From: Trueperaceae bacterium
GTDB taxonomy: Bacteria > Deinococcota > Deinococci > Deinococcales > Trueperaceae
Direction: 5' to 3'
DNA length: 64,000 nt
Assembly (NCBI GenBank): GCA_034520945.1
Contig: JAXHNB010000005.1
Coordinates: 704,001-768,000 of the forward strand
Positions 20,597-30,399 of this stretch are shown piece by piece. The notes beneath the pieces are model-generated. The model searched no databases. It had not been told where the DNA came from and was given only the letters and a program-made list of their open reading frames with translations. Within the stretch, counting starts at the first letter, position 1; each line of letters opens with the position of its first letter. Position numbers and translations under genes: made by a program.

Positions 20597-21253
20597 GTGG
20601 ACGAAGTCGCCGTGTTCCCGCTGGACGTGGTCGTGTTCCCGGGCATGACCGTGCCGCTCCAGGTGTACGAGGAGCGGTACAAGCGCCTGGTGCAGCACGC
20701 CAGTGAGCGGACGCCGCCGCACTTCGCGATCGCCCCGCCGCCCCCCGACCGCCTGGACGAGTACGGGCCGGACCGCCCCGGCACGGTGGGGACCCTGACC
20801 GAGGTGATGGACGTCAGCGACAACCTGGACGGGACGCTGCGCGTCCTGGGGCACGGCCGGGAGCGTTGCCGGCTGCACTACCGCCGGGAGGAGCGCATCG
20901 CGGAACGAAGCGGCGGCGAACGCCCGCTCTGGTTCGCCGATCCCGAGGCGTGGCCGTTGCAACGCGGCGACCCCAACGCCGAGCGCGTGGCGGCCTGGGA
21001 CGCCCTGGACGCGTTCCAGGATTACGGCAAGGCGTTCTTCGCCCCGCAGGCCAGGCGGCAGGCGCGCGCTGCCATGCCGGACGATCCCCTGTACCAGGCC
21101 TCGTTCGTGTGCGCCAACCTGCGGCTGCCGGTCGAGGACGCGCAACGGCTGCTGGAGGCCGACAGTCTCGAGGCGCGCTTCTCCGCGGCACGCGAGGCCA
21201 TCAAGGACCGGCTGGCGGAACGTCGGGACGGTCCCGACGGCGGATCCGCGTGA
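20597..21253 (+). CDS. Stand-alone LON substrate-binding-domain protein
   Basis: VFPLDVVVFPGMTVPLQVYEERY; no AAA+ or protease domain. Confidence 0.8.
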   Translation: MDEVAVFPLDVVVFPGMTVPLQVYEERYKRLVQHASERTPPHFAIAPPPPDRLDEYGPDRPGTVGTLTEVMDVSDNLDGTLRVLGHGRERCRLHYRREERIAERSGGERPLWFADPEAWPLQRGDPNAERVAAWDALDAFQDYGKAFFAPQARRQARAAMPDDPLYQASFVCANLRLPVEDAQRLLEADSLEARFSAAREAIKDRLAERRDGPDGGSA

Positions 21254-22320
21254 GCGACGGGCCGGTCTTCGACTGGTCCGCGTTGCCGGCCGTCACCGCC
21301 GAGCTGCCCGGCGTCGGCGGCGTCCTGCGCAGCACCCTGGACGATTTCCGCGTGGTCGAGGAGCCGAGCTACCTGCCGCAGGGCAGCGGCTCCCACCTGT
21401 ACCTGTACGTCCGCAAGCGGGGCGTCACCACCCGGGCGCTGGTGTCGGCGTTGCAGGCGGCCGGCGTCCCCGACGCACGGATCGGGGTGGCGGGCCTGAA
21501 GGACAAGCACGCGGTCACCGAACAGTGGATCTCCATTCCGTGGGGTCAGGCCGAGGCGGCGGACGCCTTGGACGAGCTCGAAGGCGTCGAGGTGGTGACG
21601 CGCAACCGGCACAAGAACAAGCTCGGCACGGGGCACCTCCGCGGCAATCGGTTCGAGGTGACCGTTCGCGACGTGTCCGCGGACGCGGAGGCGCGGGCGC
21701 GGGCGGTGCTGGACCGCCTGGTCGCCGGGGGCGCCCCCAACTACTTCGGGCCGCAACGCTTCGGGCGCTTCGGTCGCAACGCCGTCGATGGGCTGAAGCT
21801 GTTGCGGGGCGAGCAGGTGCCCGGCGACCGGCGGCTGCAACGCTTCTTCGTGTCGGCGGTGCAGAGCCACCTGTTCAACCGCCTGCTGGCGGACCGGATC
21901 GTGGACGGGCTGTACGACACCGTGCTGCCGGGCGACTGGGCCCGCCGCCTGGACTCCGGCGGGGTGTTCCGCGTCGAGGACGCCGCGGAGGGGGCCCGCG
22001 CGGCCCGACTCGAGATCACGGCGCTGCTGCCGTTGCACGGGCGCAAGGTCCGCATCTCGAGCGACGAGCCGGGCCGGCGCGAGGAGGAGGCCCTGGCGGC
22101 GCTGGGCTTGCGCTGGCGCGACCTGGTCGGGCGGCGCGGCGACCGCCGGCCCAGCCGCGTGGTGCCCCGTGACGTCGAGGTGCAAGCGCTGCCGGACGGC
22201 CTGCGCGTGGCCTTTGCCCTGCCCAAGGGCGCGTACGCCACCTCGGTGCTGCGCGAGGTCACCAAGACGGCGGTCGACGCGCCCGTCCCTTCGCCCACGC
22301 ACGACGCCGCGTCACCGTAG
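21250..22320 (+). CDS. truD: tRNA pseudouridine(13) synthase TruD
   Basis: DFRVVE, AGLKDKHAVTEQW, GNRF, PNYFGPQRFG, LPKGAYAT. Confidence 0.95.
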   Translation: MSDGPVFDWSALPAVTAELPGVGGVLRSTLDDFRVVEEPSYLPQGSGSHLYLYVRKRGVTTRALVSALQAAGVPDARIGVAGLKDKHAVTEQWISIPWGQAEAADALDELEGVEVVTRNRHKNKLGTGHLRGNRFEVTVRDVSADAEARARAVLDRLVAGGAPNYFGPQRFGRFGRNAVDGLKLLRGEQVPGDRRLQRFFVSAVQSHLFNRLLADRIVDGLYDTVLPGDWARRLDSGGVFRVEDAAEGARAARLEITALLPLHGRKVRISSDEPGRREEEALAALGLRWRDLVGRRGDRRPSRVVPRDVEVQALPDGLRVAFALPKGAYATSVLREVTKTAVDAPVPSPTHDAASP

Positions 22321-24687
22321 GCGGACGCGGCGCAGGACCAGCTCCAACAGGAACAACGTCCCGGCCAGGGCCAACGCCCACGGGGCCAGGGAACGCGGTC
22401 GGGGCGCCGGGCCCGGATCCCACGCGTCGCCTGGGGACAGGACGCGCCCGCCGCTCGTTTCCGCCAAGCGTTCCAGCGCCGCCCTCCCGTCGCCCGTGCG
22501 CAGTTCCGGATTCTGCGCCAGGTAGCGTGCGCGGGCGACCACCTCGCCGCCCTGCGACACCACGATCGGCTCGCCCGCCGCGGCGGCGGGAAGATCGGTG
22601 GCGTACCGCCCCGGCCCGACCGCGCGGAGCGGCCGCTCGCGCCCGCCCGCCCGCGCGGTGAGGGAGAGACCGTCCAGGAAGCGCCCGTCCTCCACCGCGT
22701 CCACCACCAGGGAGGTATCTTCGCCGTCCTGGCGGACCTGGGCGGCGAACCGTTCGGGGCGCGCCGCCAGCCAGCGCACCAGGTCGCCCAGCACCGTGGG
22801 CAGCTCCGGCCAGCTGCCGAGCGCCCCCGCCAGCCCCCCCAGGTCGCTGGTGAACGCGGCCGTGCGGCCGAGCTGTTGGCGGCGCACCGCCAACAGCGGC
22901 TCCTCGTCGCCGTAGGTCCACAGCGCCTCCGCGTCGGGCTTGAGGGTGGTCGCGACGTAGGCATTCGGCGCCGGGGGGCCGCCGCTGCCGGCCAGGAGCG
23001 GGTGGGGGCGCACCTCCGGCGCGCCCGGATCGTCGCGGAGGAGGGTGCGGCTCACCGTCATCGCCTCCCCGGCGAAGATCCGGGGGAGGGTGCTGACGTC
23101 CAGCGCTTCGTAGTAGCGCCCGTCGCCCGCGTCGGCGAGGGCCCGCAGGCGCGCGAAGTCCGCCTGCTCCCCGATCGCGATCGTGCTGAGTGTGATGCCG
23201 GCCTCGCGGGCCGCGTCCACCTCGCCGACCAGGTCGACCGGGTCGCCGCCGAACGGGCCCTGCCCGTCGTAGAGACGACCGTCGGACAGCACGATCAGGT
23301 GCTTGATGGAGGCGTCGCTGTCGCGAAGAGCGTCGATCGCCTCGACCAGGGCGGGGCCGAGGATGGTGCCGCCGCCGGTGCCGAGTTGTCGAATGGCGCT
23401 CAGCATCTCCAATTTGCCGCGCGCCGTCGCGGGGCGAAGCTCGAACACCCAGTCGCGGTCGTCGTCGAAGGCGATCAGGCCCAGCTGATCGCGTTCGAAG
23501 GCCAACTCGACCACCTCCGCTGCCCCCTGGCGCGCCAGCGCGATCTTGCTGGGCGCGCCGCCCGCCATGGAGCCGGACCGGTCCAGCACCATCACCATGG
23601 CCAGCAGCGGCACCTGCACCTCCGAGCGCAGGTCGCTGTCGACCGGCAGGACCGCCTCGACCGGCGTGCGGTACCACCCGCCCAGCCCGAAGCTCTCGGG
23701 ACCGCCCGTCATCAGCAGGCCGCCGCCGTCGTTGACCCAATCGGCCAGGGCCTCCAGCTGCCGGGCGGTGAAGTCGGCCGCGCTGCCGCGGAGGACCACC
23801 GCGCCCGCGTCGATCGGCAGGCGCATCTCGCCGGGCGTCATGCGGCGGACCGGCAGGCCTTGCGCCTCCAACAGCTCGGCGAAGGCGGGATCGCCGACCA
23901 CCCATACCGGATCGCGCGATTCCAGATCGACGTCCAGCGCCAGCGCGTCGTCGCGGGTCGGTTGCGTCCAGGGAGCGCGTACGCTCGCCTCGATCCGCGC
24001 CGGCCCCGTCTCGGGAAGCGTGATGCGCACCGGGACGGTGCTCCGCCCCGTCGGAACCTCGACGCGGCGTTCGTGCACGACCGTGTCGCCCAGCCGGATC
24101 TCGACCAAGGCCGGCCCGGCCCGGTCGGACGTCAGCGCCAGCTCCAGGCGCACCGTGCTTCCCGGCGCGGCGCGAAGGGGGGCCCGAACGGTCGCCAAGC
24201 GCAGGTTTTCGACGCTTTCCACCGGCATCACGTCGACGGGGACGTCCGGACGGGCCGACACGGGGTCGCCTTCGGTGTCGAGGCCGTCCCCGATGACCAG
24301 CACGCGGCCCACATTGCGGGCGGTGGCGGCCGCCAGGGCTCGCCCCAGGTCGGTTCGGCCGACGTTCAGTCCTTGGGCGGCCGCGGCGTCCAGGTCGGAC
24401 GCCTCGCTGGGCTCGCCGGCGTAGTGCCACACGTCGAGGCGCACCCCTTCGGGCACGTCGAGCCCGGCGGCGGCACGCAGCGCCGCGTCGCCGACGCTGT
24501 CGGAGACGTCGGCCAGCACCGCGACGGTCTCGGCAGGACGCGGCACGACCGGGTCGGCGAGGGCGAGGAGGAGGGTAGCGACGATGGCTGCGCGCAGGAG
24601 CCGGCCCCGTCCGCGCGGCAGCAACGGAAGGGCCAACAGCCCGAGCAGCCAGAGCGGATGGCTCAGGGCCACCGGCAGGGCGTCCAC
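22312..24687 (-). CDS. Membrane-anchored VWA-domain protein
   Basis: N-terminal TM segments, DVSDS and DRSGS MIDAS motifs, GATase-like GGGLLMTGG, C-terminal TM. Confidence 0.8.
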   Translation of the reverse strand: MDALPVALSHPLWLLGLLALPLLPRGRGRLLRAAIVATLLLALADPVVPRPAETVAVLADVSDSVGDAALRAAAGLDVPEGVRLDVWHYAGEPSEASDLDAAAAQGLNVGRTDLGRALAAATARNVGRVLVIGDGLDTEGDPVSARPDVPVDVMPVESVENLRLATVRAPLRAAPGSTVRLELALTSDRAGPALVEIRLGDTVVHERRVEVPTGRSTVPVRITLPETGPARIEASVRAPWTQPTRDDALALDVDLESRDPVWVVGDPAFAELLEAQGLPVRRMTPGEMRLPIDAGAVVLRGSAADFTARQLEALADWVNDGGGLLMTGGPESFGLGGWYRTPVEAVLPVDSDLRSEVQVPLLAMVMVLDRSGSMAGGAPSKIALARQGAAEVVELAFERDQLGLIAFDDDRDWVFELRPATARGKLEMLSAIRQLGTGGGTILGPALVEAIDALRDSDASIKHLIVLSDGRLYDGQGPFGGDPVDLVGEVDAAREAGITLSTIAIGEQADFARLRALADAGDGRYYEALDVSTLPRIFAGEAMTVSRTLLRDDPGAPEVRPHPLLAGSGGPPAPNAYVATTLKPDAEALWTYGDEEPLLAVRRQQLGRTAAFTSDLGGLAGALGSWPELPTVLGDLVRWLAARPERFAAQVRQDGEDTSLVVDAVEDGRFLDGLSLTARAGGRERPLRAVGPGRYATDLPAAAAGEPIVVSQGGEVVARARYLAQNPELRTGDGRAALERLAETSGGRVLSPGDAWDPGPAPRPRSLAPWALALAGTLFLLELVLRRVRLR

Positions 24688-24750
24688 AACGACATGCTAG
24701 CAGCGCCCCGGAACTCGGGCCATGAGCGCGCTTGCTATGATGTTCACGAT

Positions 24751-25932
24751 ATGGATGCTCCCGAGGTCTCGTCCGCGCCGTACGTCCTGCTCGCCACCGA
24801 TGGGGAACGGCGCGGCTCGGGCTTGCAACGCGTCACCGACGACCTCGGCTACGCCAGCGAAGTGTTCACGGACGTCGAGGCGCTGCTCTACCACACCCGG
24901 GGCGCCGTGCCCGAAGCGTTGGTGATCGAGCAGGCCCTTCTGGAGCGCGTGCCGCAGTTGGACGTGTTGTCGTTGCTGCGCCGCCGCAAGGAACTCACCG
25001 AGGTCCCGCTGCTGGTGTTGGGCGCCGACGATCCCGAGCGCCACGCCCGTGCGGTCGCCGCGGGTGCAGACGTCTACCTGGCGCTGCCGACCCGTCCGGC
25101 CGTGGTCCGTGCGCACCTGTCGCGGCTGTTGGACCGGCGCCAGCGCGACCGGCAGCTCCGCGCGGCGCTGGAGCGCGCACGCGCGTTCGAGCACGCCTAC
25201 AAGGACTCCGAGCGGGTCAAGGACGACCTGACGCACATGCTGGTCCACGACCTGAAGAGCCCGATCTCGAGCGTGATGGGGTTGTTGGACCACAGCATCG
25301 AGATGCTGTCCAGTGGGGAAGGGGACGCGTCCGTGTCGGAACTGCTCACCCTGGCCCGCAACGAGTCGCAACACCTGCTGAGCCTGGCGGCCAACATCCT
25401 GGACGTGCGGCGCATGAAGGAGGGCCACATGCCGTACCAGCCCGAGGAGGTCGCCAGCCTCACCAAGCTGGCGAAGGAGGCGCTCGGGGACGTCTCAGGC
25501 GGCCCACGCGAGCGGAACTTCGGGTTTCTGGTCCGACCGGAGGCCGAATCGCTGCACGCCGACCCCAAGTTGCTGCGGCGGGTGATGGCCAACCTGATGG
25601 CCAACGCCATCAAGCACACGCGCCGCGGCGGCTACATCGACTTTCGGGCCTGGAAGCAGGACGACGCGTTCGTGCTGTCGGTGCGCGACGATGGCGAGGG
25701 GATTCCCGAGGCCGACCAGAAGCGAATCTTCAACGCCTTCGAGCAGTCGCGCCACACCATTCACGACCGTTTCGACACCGGGATGGGCCTCACCTTCTGC
25801 AAGCTGGCGGTCGAGAAGCACGGCGGTTCGATCTGGGTCGAGTCCCGCTCCGGCAAGGGCAGCACCTTCTTCTTCACCATCCCCGTCGACGTGGCGGCCC
25901 GGGCCGGGGACGACCCGGTCGCCGTGGCCTGA
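24751..25932 (+). CDS. Cytoplasmic histidine kinase with degenerate N-terminal receiver domain
   Basis: HDLKSP, NLMANAIKHT, DDGEGIP, TGMGL, GSTFFF. Confidence 0.88.
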   Translation: MDAPEVSSAPYVLLATDGERRGSGLQRVTDDLGYASEVFTDVEALLYHTRGAVPEALVIEQALLERVPQLDVLSLLRRRKELTEVPLLVLGADDPERHARAVAAGADVYLALPTRPAVVRAHLSRLLDRRQRDRQLRAALERARAFEHAYKDSERVKDDLTHMLVHDLKSPISSVMGLLDHSIEMLSSGEGDASVSELLTLARNESQHLLSLAANILDVRRMKEGHMPYQPEEVASLTKLAKEALGDVSGGPRERNFGFLVRPEAESLHADPKLLRRVMANLMANAIKHTRRGGYIDFRAWKQDDAFVLSVRDDGEGIPEADQKRIFNAFEQSRHTIHDRFDTGMGLTFCKLAVEKHGGSIWVESRSGKGSTFFFTIPVDVAARAGDDPVAVA

Positions 25933-25937
25933 GCGTC

Positions 25938-26576
25938 GTGCGCCCCGGCGCGGCCGGCAGGGCGCCGGCGTGGGCGTTCGAGAGGCGCTTGTGGCGGGCG
26001 GGCCACACGCCGGTCGCCGGGGTCGACGAAGCCGGCCGCGGGGCCTGGGCCGGACCGATCGTGGCCGCCGCGGTCGTCCTCCCGCACGGCGTGCACCCGT
26101 TTCGGGACTCGAAGACGTTGTCCCCCGCCCGTCGCGAGGTCCTGGCGGCGGAGGTCCGTGCCTGCGCCCTGGCGTGGGCGGTCGGTCGCGCCGAGGCGGG
26201 GGAGGTGGACGCGGTGGGGGTGCTGGCCGCGACCCACCTGGCGGCGGGGCGGGCGCTGGCCCGCCTCACGGTGCGGCCGCGGGCCCTGGTGACCGACTAC
26301 CTCCGGCTGCCCTGGCCCGGGCCGGTGTTGGCGCCCCCACGGGCCGACGCGCGCAGCGTGCAGGCGGCCGCCGCCAGTCTGTTGGCGAAGACGGCCCGCG
26401 ACCGCTGGATGGCCGAGGTGGCCGACGCGCGCTTTGGCGCGTACGGCTTCGCCGGGCACAAGGGGTACGGCGCGCCCGTGCACCTGGCCGCGCTGCGTGC
26501 GCACGGACCCTGCTGCCTGCACCGCCGCCGCTTCGCGCCGGTGCGGGGGGTGCTGGCCGGCGAGACCGAACGGTGA
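25938..26576 (+). CDS. rnhB: Ribonuclease HII
   Basis: GVDEAGRG, DSKTL, AAASLLAKTARD, HKGYG. Confidence 0.93.
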   Translation: MRPGAAGRAPAWAFERRLWRAGHTPVAGVDEAGRGAWAGPIVAAAVVLPHGVHPFRDSKTLSPARREVLAAEVRACALAWAVGRAEAGEVDAVGVLAATHLAAGRALARLTVRPRALVTDYLRLPWPGPVLAPPRADARSVQAAAASLLAKTARDRWMAEVADARFGAYGFAGHKGYGAPVHLAALRAHGPCCLHRRRFAPVRGVLAGETER

Positions 26577-26659
26577 CGCGCCGCCTGCGGGGACGGTATC
26601 GTGAGCCGCGACCAACCTGAACGTTCCGCGGCCGCGCGCCGCACGAGGGGGAGTTCTAC

Positions 26660-27460
26660 GTGGCCGAGTGCATCGGCGTGAAGTTCGACAACGGCCCCAA
26701 GATCCATTGGGTCCGGAGTCCGGCGGAGGCACCGGCGCCGGGCAGCGCCTGCGTGGTGCAGAGCCGGCGCGGCCTCGAGGTCGGGCGGGTCCGCACCGAG
26801 CCCCGTAGCCAAGATCGCGTCTCCGGTGAGGTCGTGCGCGTCGCCAGCGAGGAGGACCTCGCGTTGCAGCAACGCCTGGCGCAGCGCGCCGAGGACCTGA
26901 CCTGGTTGTTGCGGGCCCGTGCGCGTCAGCACGGGGCCGGCGACGTCAAGATCGTGTCGCTCGAGTTCACGCTGGACGAGAGCCTGCTGCTGGTGCACTA
27001 CGCCGCCGAGACGCATCCCGCGCTACGGGTGTTGGCGCAGGAGCTGGTGCAGTACACCTCGGCGCGGATCGAGTTCGTCAACGTCGGCCCACGCGACGAG
27101 GCCCGCATCCTCGGCACCCTGGGCGCCTGCGGAGAGGGGTCGTGCTCCTCGACCTGGCTGCAGGGGTTCCGTTCCGTGTCGATCCGAATGGCGCGCGATC
27201 AGCAGTTGCCGCTCAACCCGGAGAAGATCAGCGGACCGTGCGGCCGGTTGATGTGCTGCCTGCAGTACGAGCACGACATGTACAAGGAGCTGCTTCAGCG
27301 CCTGCCGAAGAAGGGCGGCCGCGCCTGCCACACCGAGAGCGGCGCCTGCGGTCGCGTGATCAAGCTGGATCCGCTGCGCGGCACCGCGGACCTCCGCACC
27401 GACGACGGCGTGCTGGAGGGCGTACCGGCCGAATCGCTGACGCGGCCGAGCGAGCGCTGA
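26660..27460 (+). CDS. PSP1/YaaT (RicT-like) Fe-S protein
   Basis: GPRDEA, SIRMARDQQLPLNPEKISGPCGRLMCCLQYE. Confidence 0.9.
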   Translation: MAECIGVKFDNGPKIHWVRSPAEAPAPGSACVVQSRRGLEVGRVRTEPRSQDRVSGEVVRVASEEDLALQQRLAQRAEDLTWLLRARARQHGAGDVKIVSLEFTLDESLLLVHYAAETHPALRVLAQELVQYTSARIEFVNVGPRDEARILGTLGACGEGSCSSTWLQGFRSVSIRMARDQQLPLNPEKISGPCGRLMCCLQYEHDMYKELLQRLPKKGGRACHTESGACGRVIKLDPLRGTADLRTDDGVLEGVPAESLTRPSER

Positions 27461-27481
27461 CGCGCCCGGGACCCCGTCCCC

Positions 27482-28396
27482 TCAGCGGACGCGACGAAGG
27501 CGCAAGGTGAGGGCGTGCGCCACCACGGTGGGCGAGACGTAGGCGGCCAAGGCCTCCTCCGCGCGCCGCACGGCGTCCAGCGCCGTGGGGTAGCGGGACG
27601 GGTCGTCGCGCCTCAGGTGGGCCAACACGCGCTCGGCCGGGGCCAGGTCCGGTCGTTCGGTCCACGCCTCGACCAGGGCCGCGCCGGCCGTCAACGCCGG
27701 CCCCAGCGGGCCGTCCAACGCGGCGACCCAGTCCGCGACCCGTCCCTGCATGTGGGCCTCCGCCTCCGGCGCCTCGCGCGCCCGGATCAGCCGCCCCACC
27801 TGACCGCTGCGCAGCGCGGGGTGCGGGGCCAGGTCCTCGAAGCCGCCGGTGGGGGCCGCGCCGAAGCGCACCGTGAGGCAGCGCGACGCCAGCGTGGGCA
27901 GGACCGCCTCGGGGCCCGGCGCGATCAGGATCACCACCGCCCAGCTAGGGGGCTCCTCCAGCACCTTCAAAAAGGCGTTGCCTGCCTGCGGGTTGAGCGT
28001 ATGGGCGTCGTCCACCACCCCGACGCGCACCCGGCCCTGTGGGCGGTGCGCCAACCACCGCGACAGCGGTTCGGGGTCCATCCTGGGCCCCTCCCGCGGC
28101 ACCATCTGGTCGATGCGGAGCATGGGCCGGCGGCTGCTCCGTCCCGCGCGCGTGGTGGCCTCGGGACGCTTATACATCAGGTCGGGGTGCGTCCCAGCGG
28201 CCATGCGCCGACAGGCGTCGCACCGCCCGCACGGCGCGGACGCCGGGTCGGCGCAGTTGCGCAGGGCGGCGTACCAGCGGGCGGTCGGCGCCCGCCCCAC
28301 GGCGTCGGGGCCGGCGAACAGCAGCGAGTGCGCCCCGGGGCCCAGCGCGCGGAGGACGTCTTGGACCTCGTCGTGCCCCGTGACCTCCAGGCTCAC
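27482..28396 (-). CDS. holB: DNA polymerase III delta-prime subunit
   Basis: HSLLFAGP, zinc module C..CGRCDAC, HPD, NAFLKVLEEPP, LPTLASRC. Confidence 0.88.
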   Translation of the reverse strand: MSLEVTGHDEVQDVLRALGPGAHSLLFAGPDAVGRAPTARWYAALRNCADPASAPCGRCDACRRMAAGTHPDLMYKRPEATTRAGRSSRRPMLRIDQMVPREGPRMDPEPLSRWLAHRPQGRVRVGVVDDAHTLNPQAGNAFLKVLEEPPSWAVVILIAPGPEAVLPTLASRCLTVRFGAAPTGGFEDLAPHPALRSGQVGRLIRAREAPEAEAHMQGRVADWVAALDGPLGPALTAGAALVEAWTERPDLAPAERVLAHLRRDDPSRYPTALDAVRRAEEALAAYVSPTVVAHALTLRLRRVR

Positions 28397-29160
28397 CGAC
28401 CCACCGCCAGCCGGGTCGCCAGCGCCGCGGGGTAGCCGGCCTCCTTCACGCGGCGCTGCACGGCCATCACGTCGAACGCGACGCGCACGATCTGCAGCCG
28501 GCGCGTGTCCGCGTCGTAGAGCGCGTACGACGCCAGCGGCACGCCGTCCCGCGGCTGCCCCACCGAGCCGGGGTTCACGAAGCCGCGGGCGCGGGGCGGC
28601 ATGCGGTAGGTGCCCACCTCGTCGCGGAACATCAGCTGTCGCCACAGGCGGCGGCCACCGGGCGCCTCGACCGACGCCAGCACGCGGGGGACGTGCGTGT
28701 GACCCACCAGGCATACCGGCCGGCTCAGCAGCGACAGGTTCTCTTCGGCGTCGGGGAGACCGTGGAGGTACTGCCAGGGGTCGGCCAGCGCCCCGTGGAC
28801 CGCTTCGAGCAGATCGGTCGTCTCGTGCATGCGCAGCGAGCGCAGCCACGCGACCGAGTCGGGCGACAGGGTGGCCAACTGTCGTTCGAGGATCGGGCGG
28901 ACGACGGGGCTCCGTCCCGCCTCATTGGCGTCGCCGCGGCCGTCGGCCAGGTTGAGGAGCAGTTCGTCGTGGTTGCCGAGCAGGGCGATGGCCGGCGCCA
29001 AGGCCGCCAGGCGCTGCACGACCTCCTCGGCGTCGGGGTAGTACCCGACCGCGTCGCCCAGGAAGGCGTAGGCGTCGAACGCACGTCGTTCGGCGTCGCG
29101 GAGCACGGCATCGAGCGCCGTCGCGTTGGCGTGGACGTCGCTCAGCACCAGGTACCGCAC
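28393..29160 (-). CDS. Metallophosphoesterase
   Basis: SDVHAN, LGDAVGY, GNHD, GHTH, NPGSVGQPRDG. Confidence 0.9.
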   Translation of the reverse strand: MRYLVLSDVHANATALDAVLRDAERRAFDAYAFLGDAVGYYPDAEEVVQRLAALAPAIALLGNHDELLLNLADGRGDANEAGRSPVVRPILERQLATLSPDSVAWLRSLRMHETTDLLEAVHGALADPWQYLHGLPDAEENLSLLSRPVCLVGHTHVPRVLASVEAPGGRRLWRQLMFRDEVGTYRMPPRARGFVNPGSVGQPRDGVPLASYALYDADTRRLQIVRVAFDVMAVQRRVKEAGYPAALATRLAVGR

Positions 29161-29237
29161 GCGCGAACGATACCACCGGCCCGGGGCGCGCCGGCGGCGG
29201 CCGAAGGGGCGCGTGCGTGCCGGGCTATACTGCCGGG

Positions 29238-30374
29238 GTGCAGCGAGCATGGCTCCTTCGGCTGATCGGCTGCCTCCTTGCGCTGGCAGCGTGGGGGGCC
29301 GCCTTCGCGCAGATCACCGTCCCGACGCTGGGGACGCGCGGCGACGTGCCCCAGGACGTGGTCGATCGGCTGACGGCGGGGCTGCGCGAGGGGTTGGCGG
29401 CCGAGGGGCTGGACGTGCGGGTGGGCGAACTGATCACCGCCGGCATCGCGGGGAGCCTCGAGCCCGAGTTCACCCGACTGATCGCGGAGGTGGACGGCAG
29501 CCGCTACGCCGTGTCGGGCGAGGTGGCGGAGGCCGGCCCGGACGCCGAGCGGCGCTATCTGGTCAACTTGATCGCCGTGGAGGCCGGGTCGGACCGCACC
29601 ACCGACCTGATCAGCCGACCGCTCGGCACGGACGACGTGGCCGGCGTCGCCGCGGCCCTCGCGGCCGAGATCGCGGCGTTCGCGCAGCCGCTCGGCGACC
29701 TGCCGCGCGGCGATGCCGGCCTGTTCGTGTCCTCCGAGCCGCGCGGTGCCCGCCTGAGCGTCGACGGCGTGCCGGTCGGCACCACGCCGGACGTCGGGCC
29801 GTTGATGTTGGCGCCGGGACGCTACCGCATCGAGCTCAGGGCGGAGGGGTTCCTGCCCGCCTCGCGCAGCGTCGAGCTGCGCGCGGGCGACACCGGGTTC
29901 GAGCACGTGGTCATGACGGCGATCAGCGGCGGCAGCATCCGCGTCACCTCGACGCCCGACGCCCGCGTGCGGCTGGACGGCGAACGGGTCGGTCGCACGC
30001 CCCTCACGGTGCCTGCGCGGGCGGGCCGCCACACGATCCAGTTGGTGCGGGACGGGTTCGCGGCCGAGGCGTTCGAGGTGCCGGTGCGCACCTACCGCGT
30101 GACGCGCGTGGAGGGCCGGCTCGAGCCCGTGCGCGAACCGCTGGTGTACTGGGCGGAGGAGCGCGAGACGTTGGTGCGGATCGACGGTCGCCTGCAGGGG
30201 CAAGGGTTCGCGCGCGACCTGGAGCCCGGCCTGCGCCGCATCGAGTTGATCGATCGGGGCGAACGGACCGAAGTGCTGCGCGCCGTCCCGGCGCGCGGCG
30301 TGTTCGAGCTCGATCTCGACACGGGCGAACTCCAGCCGCGCTTCGGGTCGCCCGAGCCGCCCCCGCCGGAGTAG
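29238..30374 (+). CDS. Exported PEGA-domain protein
   Basis: Signal peptide; repeats SEPRGARLSVDG..GTTP..GRY and STPDARVRLDG..GRTP..GRH. Confidence 0.8.
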   Translation: MQRAWLLRLIGCLLALAAWGAAFAQITVPTLGTRGDVPQDVVDRLTAGLREGLAAEGLDVRVGELITAGIAGSLEPEFTRLIAEVDGSRYAVSGEVAEAGPDAERRYLVNLIAVEAGSDRTTDLISRPLGTDDVAGVAAALAAEIAAFAQPLGDLPRGDAGLFVSSEPRGARLSVDGVPVGTTPDVGPLMLAPGRYRIELRAEGFLPASRSVELRAGDTGFEHVVMTAISGGSIRVTSTPDARVRLDGERVGRTPLTVPARAGRHTIQLVRDGFAAEAFEVPVRTYRVTRVEGRLEPVREPLVYWAEERETLVRIDGRLQGQGFARDLEPGLRRIELIDRGERTEVLRAVPARGVFELDLDTGELQPRFGSPEPPPPE

Positions 30375-30399
30375 CGACGCGCCGGGTCGCGCGGTGCGC

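Noticed and set aside
22876..24750. N-terminal extension of the 1018-aa kinase ORF
   Set aside because: Overlaps the VWA gene on the other strand; the protein-like sequence begins at ATG 24751.
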